DNA of 63,930 nt, the filler included. It is 9 parts of 9 records of this genome, joined end to end, with 100 filler letters (N's around TTAATTAATTAA, not from the genome) between each part and the next. Parts side by side here need not be neighbours in the genome. Positions count along the whole stretch, not along the records: positions 46,491 to 54,103 come from SRR7504441_8489; positions 54,204 to 60,820 come from SRR7504441_8490; positions 60,921 to 63,930 come from SRR7504441_8540; 6 more parts are not named here. One strand, given 5' to 3'. Under the pieces are notes generated by a model. The model was not told the origin of the DNA, searched no databases, and saw nothing but the letters and a program-made list of their open reading frames with translations. Numbering within the stretch: position 1 is the stretch's first letter; each line of letters starts with the position of its first letter. Positions 51,075 to 62,267 of the stretch are shown one piece after another. Position numbers and translations under genes: made by a program.

Positions 51075-52302
51075 ATGCAGCAGGCGGCGGGCAGCGCGGT
51101 CTGGGGCTCGGGCGTTCGGCGCCTGCAGGTGGTGGACAGCCACTGCGGGGGCGAGCCTGCCCGGGTGGTGGTGGGCGGGCTGCCTCCGATCCCCGGCGAC
51201 ACCATGTACGCCAAGCGCCTCCACTGCATGCAGCACATGGACCAGCTGCGAAAGCTGCTGCTGCTCGAGCCACGGGGCTACCCGTGCCAGAACGCCAACC
51301 TGGTGGTCCCGGCGGTGTCGCCCGAGGCGTCGTACGGCTACATCATCCTCGAGCAGAACAAGATCTACCCGGCAATGTCCGGGCACAATACGATCTGCAC
51401 CGCCACTGTGCTGCTCGAAACAGGGATGATCCCCATGCGCGAGCCGGTCACCGAGTTCAGCCTGGAGGCGCCCGGCGGGCTGATCCGGATCCGGGCCGAG
51501 TGCGCCAATGGCCGGGCCGAGCGGGTGTCGCTGAGCAATGTGCCGGCGTTTGTGGCTCACAGGGACGTTCAAGTCCAGGTGCCCGAACTGGGCCCGGTGC
51601 GGGTGGACGTGGCGTTCGGTGGAATGTGGTACTGTATCGTCGACGCCGAGTCTGTCGGGCTGCAGATCGAGCCCAGCCAGGGCAAGCAGCTCTCCCGCTA
51701 CGGCGAGGTAGGCCAGCTTTGGGCTGCGGTGAGCGCCACGGTCGCAGATGATTAAAGTGGCCTGCCGAGAGCAGTTCCCGGTGCCAGCCAGTCTGCCGGC
51801 CAGTCTGCCAACGGCCGCAGGTGAACCACCCTGAGTTTGACTATCCCGGCTGCGATATCCTGTGCTTCCGAGGGCCTGCATCCGACGGTTCGGGTGCGGA
51901 CGCGCGGAATGCAGTGGTGATGTCCAACGGGGAGCTCGACTGGGAGGACCCGACCAGCTGGACGGCTATGATAGACCGGTGCCGGGCCGGGCCGCGGCAC
52001 TGACGGAGGGCAGCTCGCCTTGTGGCACCGGCACCTCAGCGGTTATGGCGCTGCTGCACGCGCGGGGCGAACTGGAGCCGGGTGGGCAGTTCGTGCACGA
52101 GAGCATTGTGGGCTCGCAGTTTGTGGGCCGGCTGGTGGAGACGTGTGAGGGATGGGATGAGCCCAGCTGGACCGGTGCGAATCGGGTTGCAGTCAAGACC
52201 GAGATAAGCGGGAGTGCGTGGATAACCCAGCACTGTGACGTTGTGGTGCACCCGACAGACCCGTTCCCGGAGGGGTTCACTGTGAGCGACATTTGGTGCT
52301 GA
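51075..52302 (+). CDS. Proline racemase superfamily enzyme (Ser/Cys dyad), 4 exons
   Basis: VDSHCGGEPARVV, LEPRG, MSGHNTIC, DVAFGG, DR-SPCGTGTSA after splicing, HESIVGSQF, DPFPEGF. Confidence 0.92.
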
Positions 52303-52457
52303 TTGGTGTCGGACGTCTAATAAAAGCTATGGCAGTACGCCTGATCAAGCGGCACCAATGACTACGTAGTACCGTACATAGCTATTCTTTGAGGTTGTAA
52401 AACAGGTTTGTAATCGTAACCGGCACTCGTCGTACCCTAGCTTGCACTAAGCTCGCA

Positions 52458-52978
52458 CTATGCGCTAAACAGCTCGCTAAACTGGTCCGCGCCTTGGCAG
52501 TTCTTTGCTGCATCTGCAAACTTCTCCCACCGTTGTTGGCCGTAATGCTCCGCCTCCTGCGGCGCGTCGAAGGTTCCGTCGTTGAACTTCTCGATAACCA
52601 CTGTTTCGATCGCCTTGTAGAAGTCCACGGTTGCCGCAGTCAGGCCGTCGAGGTCCTCCCAGTGTTTATCCCACTCCCTGCCACCAACCAACAGCTGAGC
52701 CCGAACGCGGCTCTGGCGGGCGGGCGATTAGTACTGCGCGCACCCGAGATTGCCGTGCAGCTCCTCCTTGAAAGCTTCGCAGGTCTGGCCCTCCTTATTG
52801 GCCAGCGCGGTCAGCTTGTCCGTGATCTGGGTGCCAAAGTAGTCCGCGCTCTGCGGGTCGTCGAACACTCCAGTGTTGAACCGGCCCACCTGCTCCTGGA
52901 CCCGGCCCGTCCATGGCCATAATCGGGGCGGCCCACCAGCACGATGGCCTTGTAAAGCTTGCTGGCGCTCTCTTCCAT
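52458..52978 (-). CDS. Small acidic protein with an internal duplication, 3 exons
   Basis: Spliced MEESASKLYKAIVLEQVGRFNTGVFDDPQSADYFG...FYKAIETVVIEKFNDGTFDAPQEAEHYG; head-to-head with the Mpv17 gene. Confidence 0.6.
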
Positions 52979-53071
52979 TGTGGGAGATTAAATAACGGTA
53001 TAAGAACTGTCAGTCTCGGCTGGCACCAGTCATGCGCTGACGGGTCATTGCAGCGTCTCGAGCGGTCGTCG

Positions 53072-53740
53072 ATGCGGCTGCTCGGCCGGCAGCTGCGGGA
53101 GATCTGGACTGGTCTGAACAGCCGCGCCCTGGCCAAAGATGTAGCCACAGCAGGCGCGCTCGGGTGCGTTGGCGACCTGATCTGCCAATTGGCCATCGAG
53201 CGGGCTAATGCCCTTGACTGGCGTCGGCTCGGCTCTGTGGGCAGCTTCGAAGCTGTTTACATCGGCGGGTTCTTCCATTTCCTGTGCCAGGCTTTCCCGC
53301 CGGTTGTCTGTGCCGCTGGGCGCGCTATGGAGGCATCGTCGGCAGCACACCGGTCCACAGCTCCCCGGGCCGCATCTAGAGTGGCGGCGGGGCTGCAGGT
53401 CGAAGGCTCAGCCGCGCACGCACTGGGCTGCTCGGTCGCTGACAACATCCACGACGGGGCCTTGATGATCCCAGCGTACTTTGTCAGCGTCGGTCTGATG
53501 CAAGGCGACCCGTTGGAAGCCACTCTAGCCAATCTGCGACGGGAGTGGCTGCCGTCTTATCTGGCTGGTTGCGGGTTCTGGATGCCGGTGATGTGGCTCA
53601 ACTTCCGCGTGATACCGGCGGCCTACCGGGTGAGGGTGATGGCAGCCTCAAACACGTGCTGGTCCGTGATCATTGATTACCTGGCGCATCGCAGCCGTGA
53701 GAACCAGGGTGCCAGCACGGTGCATGATGCTGCCTCCTAG
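53072..53740 (+). CDS. Mpv17/PMP22 family membrane protein
   Basis: TAGALGCVGDLICQ, DWRR, FWMPVMWLNFRVIPAAYRV..N..W. Confidence 0.9.
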   Translation: MRLLGRQLREIWTGLNSRALAKDVATAGALGCVGDLICQLAIERANALDWRRLGSVGSFEAVYIGGFFHFLCQAFPPVVCAAGRAMEASSAAHRSTAPRAASRVAAGLQVEGSAAHALGCSVADNIHDGALMIPAYFVSVGLMQGDPLEATLANLRREWLPSYLAGCGFWMPVMWLNFRVIPAAYRVRVMAASNTCWSVIIDYLAHRSRENQGASTVHDAAS

Positions 53741-54327
53741 ACGGCAACCACACTATTGTACGCGCTCCCTGCTTAGTAAAAGATTGCCATACCGCACTCA
53801 GTTGTCATAGGGTACAGTAGTCTGTGGGTTGCACCATGGCCCAACGGCTAGCGCTAAATCCGCGGATCAAATAATACGTTGGACGGTGGCCAAGCGCTGG
53901 AAGCGGCGCAAATGAGGGCGAAGTAGTGTATTGGCCTGTGTCTAACCGTCTAGATCATTCGTTTAAGGAAAAACTCTTACAATCAATGACATACATGCGC
54001 GCATTCCAAGAGCGTGAAGCCCGTGCCAAGGAGGTTACAAGGAGGTTCAGTTTGCGGCGCACAATAGGAAAAGTTTCCTGGCACACTTTGGGCACGTGCT
54101 CGANNNNNNNNNNNNNNNNNNNNNNNNNNNNNNNNNNNNNNNNNNNNTTAATTAATTAANNNNNNNNNNNNNNNNNNNNNNNNNNNNNNNNNNNNNNNNN
54201 NNNTCGGTGAGTGGCTTTATGCCCTCTTGACTGGCCACCCCTCCGAAAGATTTAGTCATGCCCCCATTAGGCCCCATATAGGCCCATACTGTACTGCATC
54301 GGCACCGTAGGTACGGCTAAGCCAGGC

Positions 54328-57300
54328 ATGGACCGGGCTTTGGGCGTGGCGGGCGGGTGCGCCGCAGCAGACCTGCTCCCCGGGACCGGGCAGCTGCTGG
54401 CCCTGCTGGCCGGCCAGTCGGTGCTCGTGGTCTCGCCCCAGCTCCGGCTGGTCGACAGGCTCTCGGCCGGCCAACGGGTCTCGACCGCCCGCTGGGGCCC
54501 GGACGCCGCGCTGCTCGCCGGGACCGACGGGGGCGCCATCCTGCTGTTCGAGCCAGTCTCCACGGCCCGGGCCCGGTGGGTGCTCGTCCGGACCCTCCGA
54601 CAGCCCGGAGCGACCGGGGTGGCCGGCTGGCTCGGCCGGCGCGGGGTGGTGGCGGTGGGCGCCTGCGCCACCGTCTGGCTCCGCGAGCTGGACTGGGCGA
54701 TTGAGCCGGTCGAGGCCCCGCCGGTCGGGCCGCCTGTGATTGCAGTGCTCGGCTGCCCGGCCGGCCGGCACTTTGCGACCCGATCCGAGCACTGCCCGCT
54801 GGTCAAGCTGTGGCACCCGTTGGACGCTCCGACCCGCCTGGCCGTGGCGCTGCTGCGGCACCCACGCGGGGTGGCCGGGATGAGCTGGCGGCCTGGGCAC
54901 CACTGGCAGACCAGCGTGCTGCTCACGCTGTGTCGCGACGGGGTGGCGCGGCTGTGGCGAGGCACAGGGTCAGGCTGGGCAACTTGCTACAGTGTGGTGT
55001 GCAGTCTAGAGCTCGAGGTGATTCGCCCCGACGGAGCCGGGCCGAGCCGCTGGGCAGCCCGGACAGCAGGCGGCGTTCGTGCACCGGGCGATTGGGAGCC
55101 CAGTCTGCGCTCCGCCGGTGGTCACGGCGCACTCCACGCGCTGAGTGTGCCATGTGTGCAGGCGAGCAACCAACGGAACGTGATCGCCGCGGTGGGCGTG
55201 CCGTGCGGGACAGCCTGCCATGATAGTGTCGACTGGCTCGTGGCCAGCGCGCCCAACGGCGTGGTTAGCCTGTACAGAATCGCCGGTCCATGATTGGCCC
55301 ACCTCTCACACTGAGCTCAGTGAGTGCAGGCCTTTCAAGTGTCCCGATGCAGTCCGCAGTGCTCAGCCTGCGCTTCCGCTCCGATCCGCTCCCGCCGGTG
55401 CGAGGCCGGTCCGGCAGGCTGACTCTGCTGACAGGGTCAGCTCCGGTGGCTTGCAGCGTCCGCTCCTGGATATTCACATGTGGCTGACCGGTCGCCCCCA
55501 GGCCGCCTGTCGCTCTTCTGGCTGGGCGGGCGCTGCCAGGTGGTTCGGTCGGCGGGCTGTTGCCATTGTGGCCGCAGGTGGGCTCGGCACAGCTGCTGGT
55601 GCAGAGTGGTCATAGAGCGACACGCAGCTGTGAGCTGACTGGCGTCCGACTAGCCGGTGGGCACGCGGTGCCTGGCGCTGTCGGCTGGTTCGAGTCCGGG
55701 CGCAGGCGGACGTGCTGTGTGTGGCGTCTGACCCGAGTGGGTTGCGAGTGGCCAGTCTGGACGCTCAGGGGATCCTGTTGCTGTGGGAGGCAGCTCCGAC
55801 CGCCCAGCTGCAGCTAGGTGCCTAGAGCTGTTGACCTGCCGCTGACCGAGAACTGGCAGTCGATGAGATTAAAGGCGTGGCGGCGGTTTGCTGGAGCGGA
55901 GCGGGAGGACTTTGGGCTGTAGCGGGCGACGACGGTAGCCGTGGGGAGGGCAGGGCGGTGACCTTGCTCTGCAGGGAGGCTGCTCGGTCTACACCCTGCT
56001 CGCTTGGAGCTTGCTGGTTGGCCGACGGGGTCCGTTGATCCGACCGGGGCGAGGATTGTGAGTGTGTGTGAGAATGTTGTGCTGGCTGGCACAGTCGGGG
56101 CCGCTGCAGCGCTCCGGCTGTGTCGTGTAAACAACGGTCGGCCACACCTTGGGCGAGCTGACGGGCCAAGCAGGCGAGCCGGTCGAGTGCAGCGTGGCAG
56201 AATGCTCCGAGCTAGCACTCTTGGAGCTGGCCAGCTCGGGAGATTGCGTGGTGTGAGCTTCTGCAGAGCCTTCATTCACCGTTTCTGCAGGCGCTGGGCA
56301 TACCAGAAGCTGTGAGCGTGTGGCGATGGCGCGAGGACCGACTGGAGCCGTTGGCCCAACTGGCTCTACAGTCGGTGCCGGGCTTGATCACCGGGCAAGG
56401 GAACGTCTGGGCGGTTGCAGTGGCATCCAAGCTACAAGTATTCAAGCTGGAGGTGCAACGCGCTGTCGCAAAACTGATAGTTGTCGTCCCAGGAGAGCTG
56501 CAGCGCGCTCCAAGGCATCGGCAGTCTCGAGTTGCCCAAATCTTCTCAGGGCAGATCGCTGTGCAGTCTCTCTCCCGTCAGGGTCCTGGGCAAGCCTGGA
56601 CTAGTCACATGCACGCCGGACGGCTCAGCGGCACTGCATGTGCATGGCCCTGCAGGCTGGATCGAGCTGGCCAATCAGGCCCTGCCGCAAAAGCTCCGTG
56701 TGGTGGCAGTCGGATGGTCGAGTCTGGGCGCCGTCCTGGCCAGTTCAGACGGCAGGCTGGCGCTGTTTCCGGAATCGCGGGAGTTTATACAGCAGTCAGC
56801 AGGGATGGCACCCAGATGGCGGTCTGTTGGCAGCTGCGAACTAGTCCGGACGGCCACAGTGCCAGAGGTGTGCCCATCCAGGCTGGCGGCGGCTGAGCTC
56901 CGGCCAGTACCACCCGGCCCTGCTCAAAGAACACATGCTGTGGGGCCATTTCACGCACTGCGCCACCGTGCTCCGGGCACTACTGGACAAGCTGACGGAG
57001 CTCGATCTTCGGGGCGAGACCTACGTGACCCAACCAGGTGAACACTCTCTTGCATCCCCGCTCACTGTCTGTCTGCAGCTGCACTCGTGCCACCTCACAC
57101 CTCAGTTGTGAGTGAGCCGGCTGCTGCGGACACTGCTGCATCGTTGTTTGGCGGATCCGGCCAGGACGAGTGCTGGCAGAGCGCGGACGTGTCTCGGCTC
57201 GAAGGCGTGATACGCACTGTGCCGCTGCCAGGTGCCTGTGCTGGCTGCTGGCTGCGTGAATGGAGGGCAGGCTGCAGCGATAGCGTGCCCCAGCTGTTGC

Positions 57301-60300
57301 TGGCTTCTCGGACACTGGGCGAACTTGATCCCATCAAGAACAGCATAGACAGGCTCGGGCTCATGTTCATCACCTTCGCCAAGCTACTCAGCGACTCGGA
57401 GGAGGCCAAGCTCCCGTGGCTGGCTGTGGTGTGCGGCGTTCACTCGGAGTCTCAGTCAGTCCTAGTCGAGCACTGCTTGGGCCATGGACTCGAATGGAGC
57501 AAGCTGCGTCGCTTCCACTTGTCGATGGTAGTCGAATCCCCAGCCGTGCTCAAGGATTTGGCCAACAAGATCGCGCTGGGTTGCTTTAAGGCCACCCAGG
57601 ATCCAATGGATTGCGCTCTGCTGTATGTGGTGCTCGGCAAGCAGCGGCCGCTGGCAATGCTATTCAAGGCAAAGAAAAATCTCAAAATGTTTGAGTTCTT
57701 CAGTAAGGATTTCTCCACCGAGGCAAATAAGGTGGTCGCAATGAAGAACGCCTACAAGCTGGTTTCCATTCACAACTACGTGCTGGCTGCCACCGTGTTC
57801 GCTCTTGGAGGCAATTTGGAGGAATGCGTCAAGGTGATCGGCTGGAAGCTGAAGGATGTCGAGCTGGCTGCGCTCGTGGCTCGGATTTTCGACGGGGACA
57901 ACTTCACACGGCCGCTAGTGCGCTACGTCTTTGGCCAGTTCATCTTGCCGGAGGCCAAGGCCAAGAGGGACTGCTGCATGGCTTCAGTGGCCCATCACTG
58001 GCTTGGCGAGCCGAATGAGGCAGCCGCAGCGCTCAGTGGCTGCCCTCTCTACAACCCGACGCCGTTTGGGCCAGTGCTGCTGGACCGGCCCTGGGCAGCA
58101 CAGCATACCGCAGCAAGCAGCGGTCCGACTGCCGTGCAACAATACTGCGAGACCGGGTTCACTGGGCTGGCTCTGCAGCATGCAACTGCCGCAGGCAATG
58201 CCGCTGAAACTCTCACCCGCCTGGCGGGGGAGCTGTTGGTGGAGTGGCTCACAGGGCTGACAGAGTCGGGCGAGATGGCGGCGCAGGTGGCGAGCTGCAA
58301 CGGCACGCTCGACAAGCTCTGCACAGAGCACAACGTGTCAAGGGAGCCAGTGGTGGCGTGTGTTTTGCAAACAGACCAGCAGCGCGCGGTGGCTGAGAGC
58401 GGCTGGAGACTGTGTGTGCTTCACCTGACGATCGGGAATAGTATTGATGTAGCAGTGAGTACACTCCTGGCCCAGCTCTCGAGCATTGCAGCCGGACTGC
58501 AGCTGCATGATCCCTTCACCGAGCCCCCGAGCTGGCCGTCTGTCAGTGCACGGCTGCCAGGCCTCACGGCGGCGGCGCTGGCCCTGCAGCGGCAATACAA
58601 GCTCCAAGAGCGCAGCCAGGCTGCCAGCTTGCTCTCGCAGCTGGTGTTTGTGTTGTATCTTTGCGCGGCTCGCAGCCGTTGTTGGGTCGTGCTGGAGGAG
58701 CTTGCGCACTCGGGAGGCAAGCTCACGCTAAATAGAATCATGTCTGACATGCTTCCAATTCTGGAGGCGGCAACAGAGTATGCCAATACACTGGCCGAGG
58801 GCGATGTGGCCGAGGACGATCCGCAGATCGACTTGGGTGAGCTGGCGCTGCTCCGTGCTGCGATGCACGCGCGGGCTGAGAAGGCACTGGGCCCATCTGC
58901 GGAGCCCGAGGCGATGGAGCTGCTGAGGCGGTGGAGCGAGAGCGCGGCTGGTCAGGCGGCGGCATGTGCCATCGAGGGCGAAGAGCTCGAGCGGGCGCGG
59001 GAGGCCGCCCTGCGCAGGTTTGACCCGTTCATAGGCACCCCGACTGCCGAACTGGCGCTGGCATGTATGGAGGGCGAGCACGGGTGGAGTGGGTTGTGGA
59101 GGCACCTGGGCGAGTCGGATGAGACGCATCGGATGTCTGTTGGGATGATCGGGTCGGTGGCTTGCGGGCTCGGGGCTCAAGGGGTGCCAGCCTGCTGCTC
59201 CCAGCCAGTGGAGGTGTTCAGAATACGCGGCGAGCTGGCGGCGGCGATAGCTGTCTGTGCGAGCGACAGGCGGATGCTGGCGGTGGCCACGCAGTCGGGG
59301 ATCCAGGAAGTTGACCTCGAGGCGGTGATTCTTGCCCGGGAGAGATCCAAGGATCGGCTTACTCTCGTCCACGATAGCACGCCCTCTGGGGCCGTAATCA
59401 GCCGACGGTCGGCCCGGCGGCGGCCTGGGGAGGTGGGCTGGCCGCAGCTGATCTTGGACAGCTCGATGGGCGAGCTGGACCGGCCCCAAGGCGAGCCGGC
59501 CCAGGGCAGGCCGCTCACTCTGCGCAGAGCCCAGTCGAGCTCGGTGTTTACAGACTGGGCCGCCAATCTGACTGGGCTGCGCGGGTCTGCTGCCGAGCAA
59601 CAGGTGGAACGGGACGTGCCGCTGAGCCACACGCTGTCGGCACACCCGCGCTCGGAAGTGTACTTGGCGGGCAACGACAGTGGGTGCTCGCTCTGGCAGT
59701 TTGGCAACCCGAGTGTGCTGGCGGTGTACTCGTACAACGAGCCCGTGGTTCGGGTGGGATTCAACTGCACAGGGGATCGGTTCGGGGCCTGCACGGATGG
59801 GCAGATGCTGCTCTGGCGGGTGGACTCGGGCCAGGTCTCGCTCCACCCATACCAGCAGATATGCACACACAACAAGCAGACGCACGACTTCTGCTTCATC
59901 AGCTTGGGAAGCACTGTGGCCACCGCAGGCCCGGCGGCCGTGCCCGACCCATCCCGCGGGGACGTGTGCGTGTGGGATCTACTGCTGCCACCGCGACAGG
60001 CGCTCGCCTTGTCATTCAAGAACTCGTCGCCAGTGCAGTGCCTCACGTTCTCGGCACAGCGGCACGCAATCTTGGCCGGGAACAAGAAGGGCTGCATAGA
60101 GCTCCTCGACATCCGCAAGCCCGGCGGCGGCCCGGTCGCCACGCTCGGGGACCACGCCAGCCCAGTCCGGGCGCTCGGGGTGGCACCGGACGACAACACA
60201 CTAGTGATTCATTTGCTGGGCCCGATGGCTGAAAGGGGTGTGTCAGGTTGTCGGGTGCCAGGATGGAGAGATGTGTTCGTATGATCTCAGTGCGATGAAG

Positions 60301-60545
60301 CAGGCGGGCAGGCCGGTGGACCGAGCTTGATTGGGGGCGGCAGGTGCACTCGTGGGGGATGGTGCACGAAAAGCACTCGTTTCTACGGAACAGGCTTCAG
60401 ATGCCCGGCACAGCTTTTGGCGTGGTGCAGGTGCACGCCACGCAGGGTCAGGTGGCTAAGCTCGGGGCTGGCTGTGTGAGCACTGTTCCAGGTGTTTTCA
60501 TGTGGTGGGGATGGCACAGTTAAAATGTCCTGGCGAGAGCCCTAG
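54328..60545 (+). CDS. DMXL: DmX-like/Rabconnectin-3 alpha (Rav1 family) V-ATPase assembly scaffold, multi-exon
   Basis: Rav1p_C core DPMDCALLYVVLGK..FFSKDFS..AMKNAYKL..AATVFALGG; N-terminal WD (LRHPRGVAGMSWR..LLTLCRDGVARLW); C-terminal WD40 (VCVWDLLLPP; VFSCGGDGTVK). Middle exons not fully resolved. Confidence 0.9.
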
Positions 60546-61376
60546 AAGCTTTTGACCGAGCTCAGATGATTTTGTCTCGTACATGTATGCTAGCTGGCAT
60601 CGCTCAAGTTTCAAACTCATGCATGATGTCCTGCGTTCAGTTTGATTGAACTGATCTACGTATACAGCTAACTGCTTATATGTTTTCTAGAATCTTGCGG
60701 GGTGTAATCGGGACGCAATCCTCGGCTTGAACCCTGCACCGGCTTGACAAAAAGTCTTGAATTATAAGCAGCTGCAGCTTACATCGTATGGATCAGTTTA
60801 TTACAACGATCTGTTGTTTTNNNNNNNNNNNNNNNNNNNNNNNNNNNNNNNNNNNNNNNNNNNNTTAATTAATTAANNNNNNNNNNNNNNNNNNNNNNNN
60901 NNNNNNNNNNNNNNNNNNNNGGCGCTAAATATCGATCGGAAATCCTCGGTATATTGGAGGTTCCTTAACTTAGTGGCGATGGGGGAGCGGCGGCCTACCG
61001 GGTGGTGGTCGCCTCCCAGGCCCCTCACCACTAGGTGCTCCAGCTACACTTCCGCTACACTTCCGCCAGCCACCGAAGACTGCAGCGCTCCGGGCACCGG
61101 AACCAGATCCTCAGACCCCAAGGTTCCCAACGCAGTCAGATTCCCCCGCAACCAGTTTCCTGACGCAGCCAGATTTCCCAACGCAGCTTGGGCTTCTTCG
61201 CCAAAGCACAGCGTCGTTGAAGCGAGAACACAAGAGTGTGCCCATATAGGAGAGTCGCCGGAGCGGGCCAGCTTGAGCAAAGAAGCGCAGGCCAACGCAG
61301 CCAGTGGCCATGGTGGCCTGGAAAGTTACAGAAGATTTGCCCGATATATTCCCTTGGAGTTAAGTGCTCGAACAAA

Positions 61377-62057
61377 ATGCTCGCCAAGGGCCTCCTGTTC
61401 GCCGCCTTCGTTGCCGCCGCCAATGGTGTCTCGTCCTATACCCCCCCGCCAGCCGGAGGAGGCAATGGCGCGGCTTTACAGCCAGAGGAGCAGCGAATTC
61501 CGGCCCAGGCTCGTGAAACGATCCGTGGCGCCAGGGTCCAGGCCGAGCTCATGCAAGACGCGGTGATCCCTGAGGATGCCGTGACCAAGCCGGGCGAGCT
61601 CAGCCAGTTCGCGGGCTCCAGGCCCGTCACCGGCCCCGCCCTGGCCGCCCTGGCCGGACAACCTGAACAGGCGCTCGCGCAGACCGCTCTTCTCGCGGTC
61701 GGGGGCCACGGGTCTCTCCAGGAGGACTGCGGGGTCCGTGGAACGCAGTCGCTGACCGATGGGCAGCGTCAGTCGCTCAGAGAGGTGTTCGATCGGTTCG
61801 ACCGTGATGGAGACGGCGAGATCTCCGACCAGGATCTGGTGAACGCTATGCATGCCAGTTCGCATTGGTGCCCCGGGGATCACCGGTCGCAGTGTGCGGA
61901 CACTGATGAGCAGATACAAGGGAATGTGATCACACCAGTGGACACCGACGGCACCGGCACGATAAACCTGGTTGAGTGGTTTCGGGCGAATGCATGCAGT
62001 CACATGCGGTTTGAGAAGTACATTACTGGCTGCTACGGTTGCAGCTCTACGCCTTGA
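61377..62057 (+). CDS. Secreted EF-hand protein with Cys-rich C-terminal domain
   Basis: Signal peptide MLAKGLLFAAFVAAANG; EF loops DRDGDGEISDQD and DTDGTGTINLVE; six Cys around the EF pair. Confidence 0.75.
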   Translation: MLAKGLLFAAFVAAANGVSSYTPPPAGGGNGAALQPEEQRIPAQARETIRGARVQAELMQDAVIPEDAVTKPGELSQFAGSRPVTGPALAALAGQPEQALAQTALLAVGGHGSLQEDCGVRGTQSLTDGQRQSLREVFDRFDRDGDGEISDQDLVNAMHASSHWCPGDHRSQCADTDEQIQGNVITPVDTDGTGTINLVEWFRANACSHMRFEKYITGCYGCSSTP

Positions 62058-62267
62058 TCACTGAGCATTGATCTCTCAAATTCTCCAAGCAACTCGATCT
62101 AGGGCCGCTTGAATGTTGATTATAACACATATAATCAATTAAAATTCAGTACTGTACTAAAGACTAGTCTAAAACCCTTTCAGCTACTGCTCATTGATCA
62201 TTAGCTTGAGCATCATGCTGCATGGTCATTCCGCCGGTGCGGGCGGCATGCTAGCAATTTCGCTTAG

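Noticed and set aside
4938-53740. Apparent peroxisomal cluster (PEX11, LACS-AKL, Mpv17/PMP22) and several 2OG oxygenases
   Set aside because: Mostly on different contigs, so their order in the window is artificial.
53926-54103. Open frame running into the contig end
   Set aside because: No clear start, motif or splice support.
3962-60199. Long antisense or alternate-frame ORFs such as 3962..4948, 9403..10410, 41411..42871 and 58728..59885
   Set aside because: Shadows of GC-rich coding sequence on the other strand or frame; no recognisable domains.
8848-60920. Repeated TTAATTAATTAA flanked by N runs, resembling a spaced repeat array
   Set aside because: Artificial contig linker of identical length each time; not CRISPR or any biological repeat.
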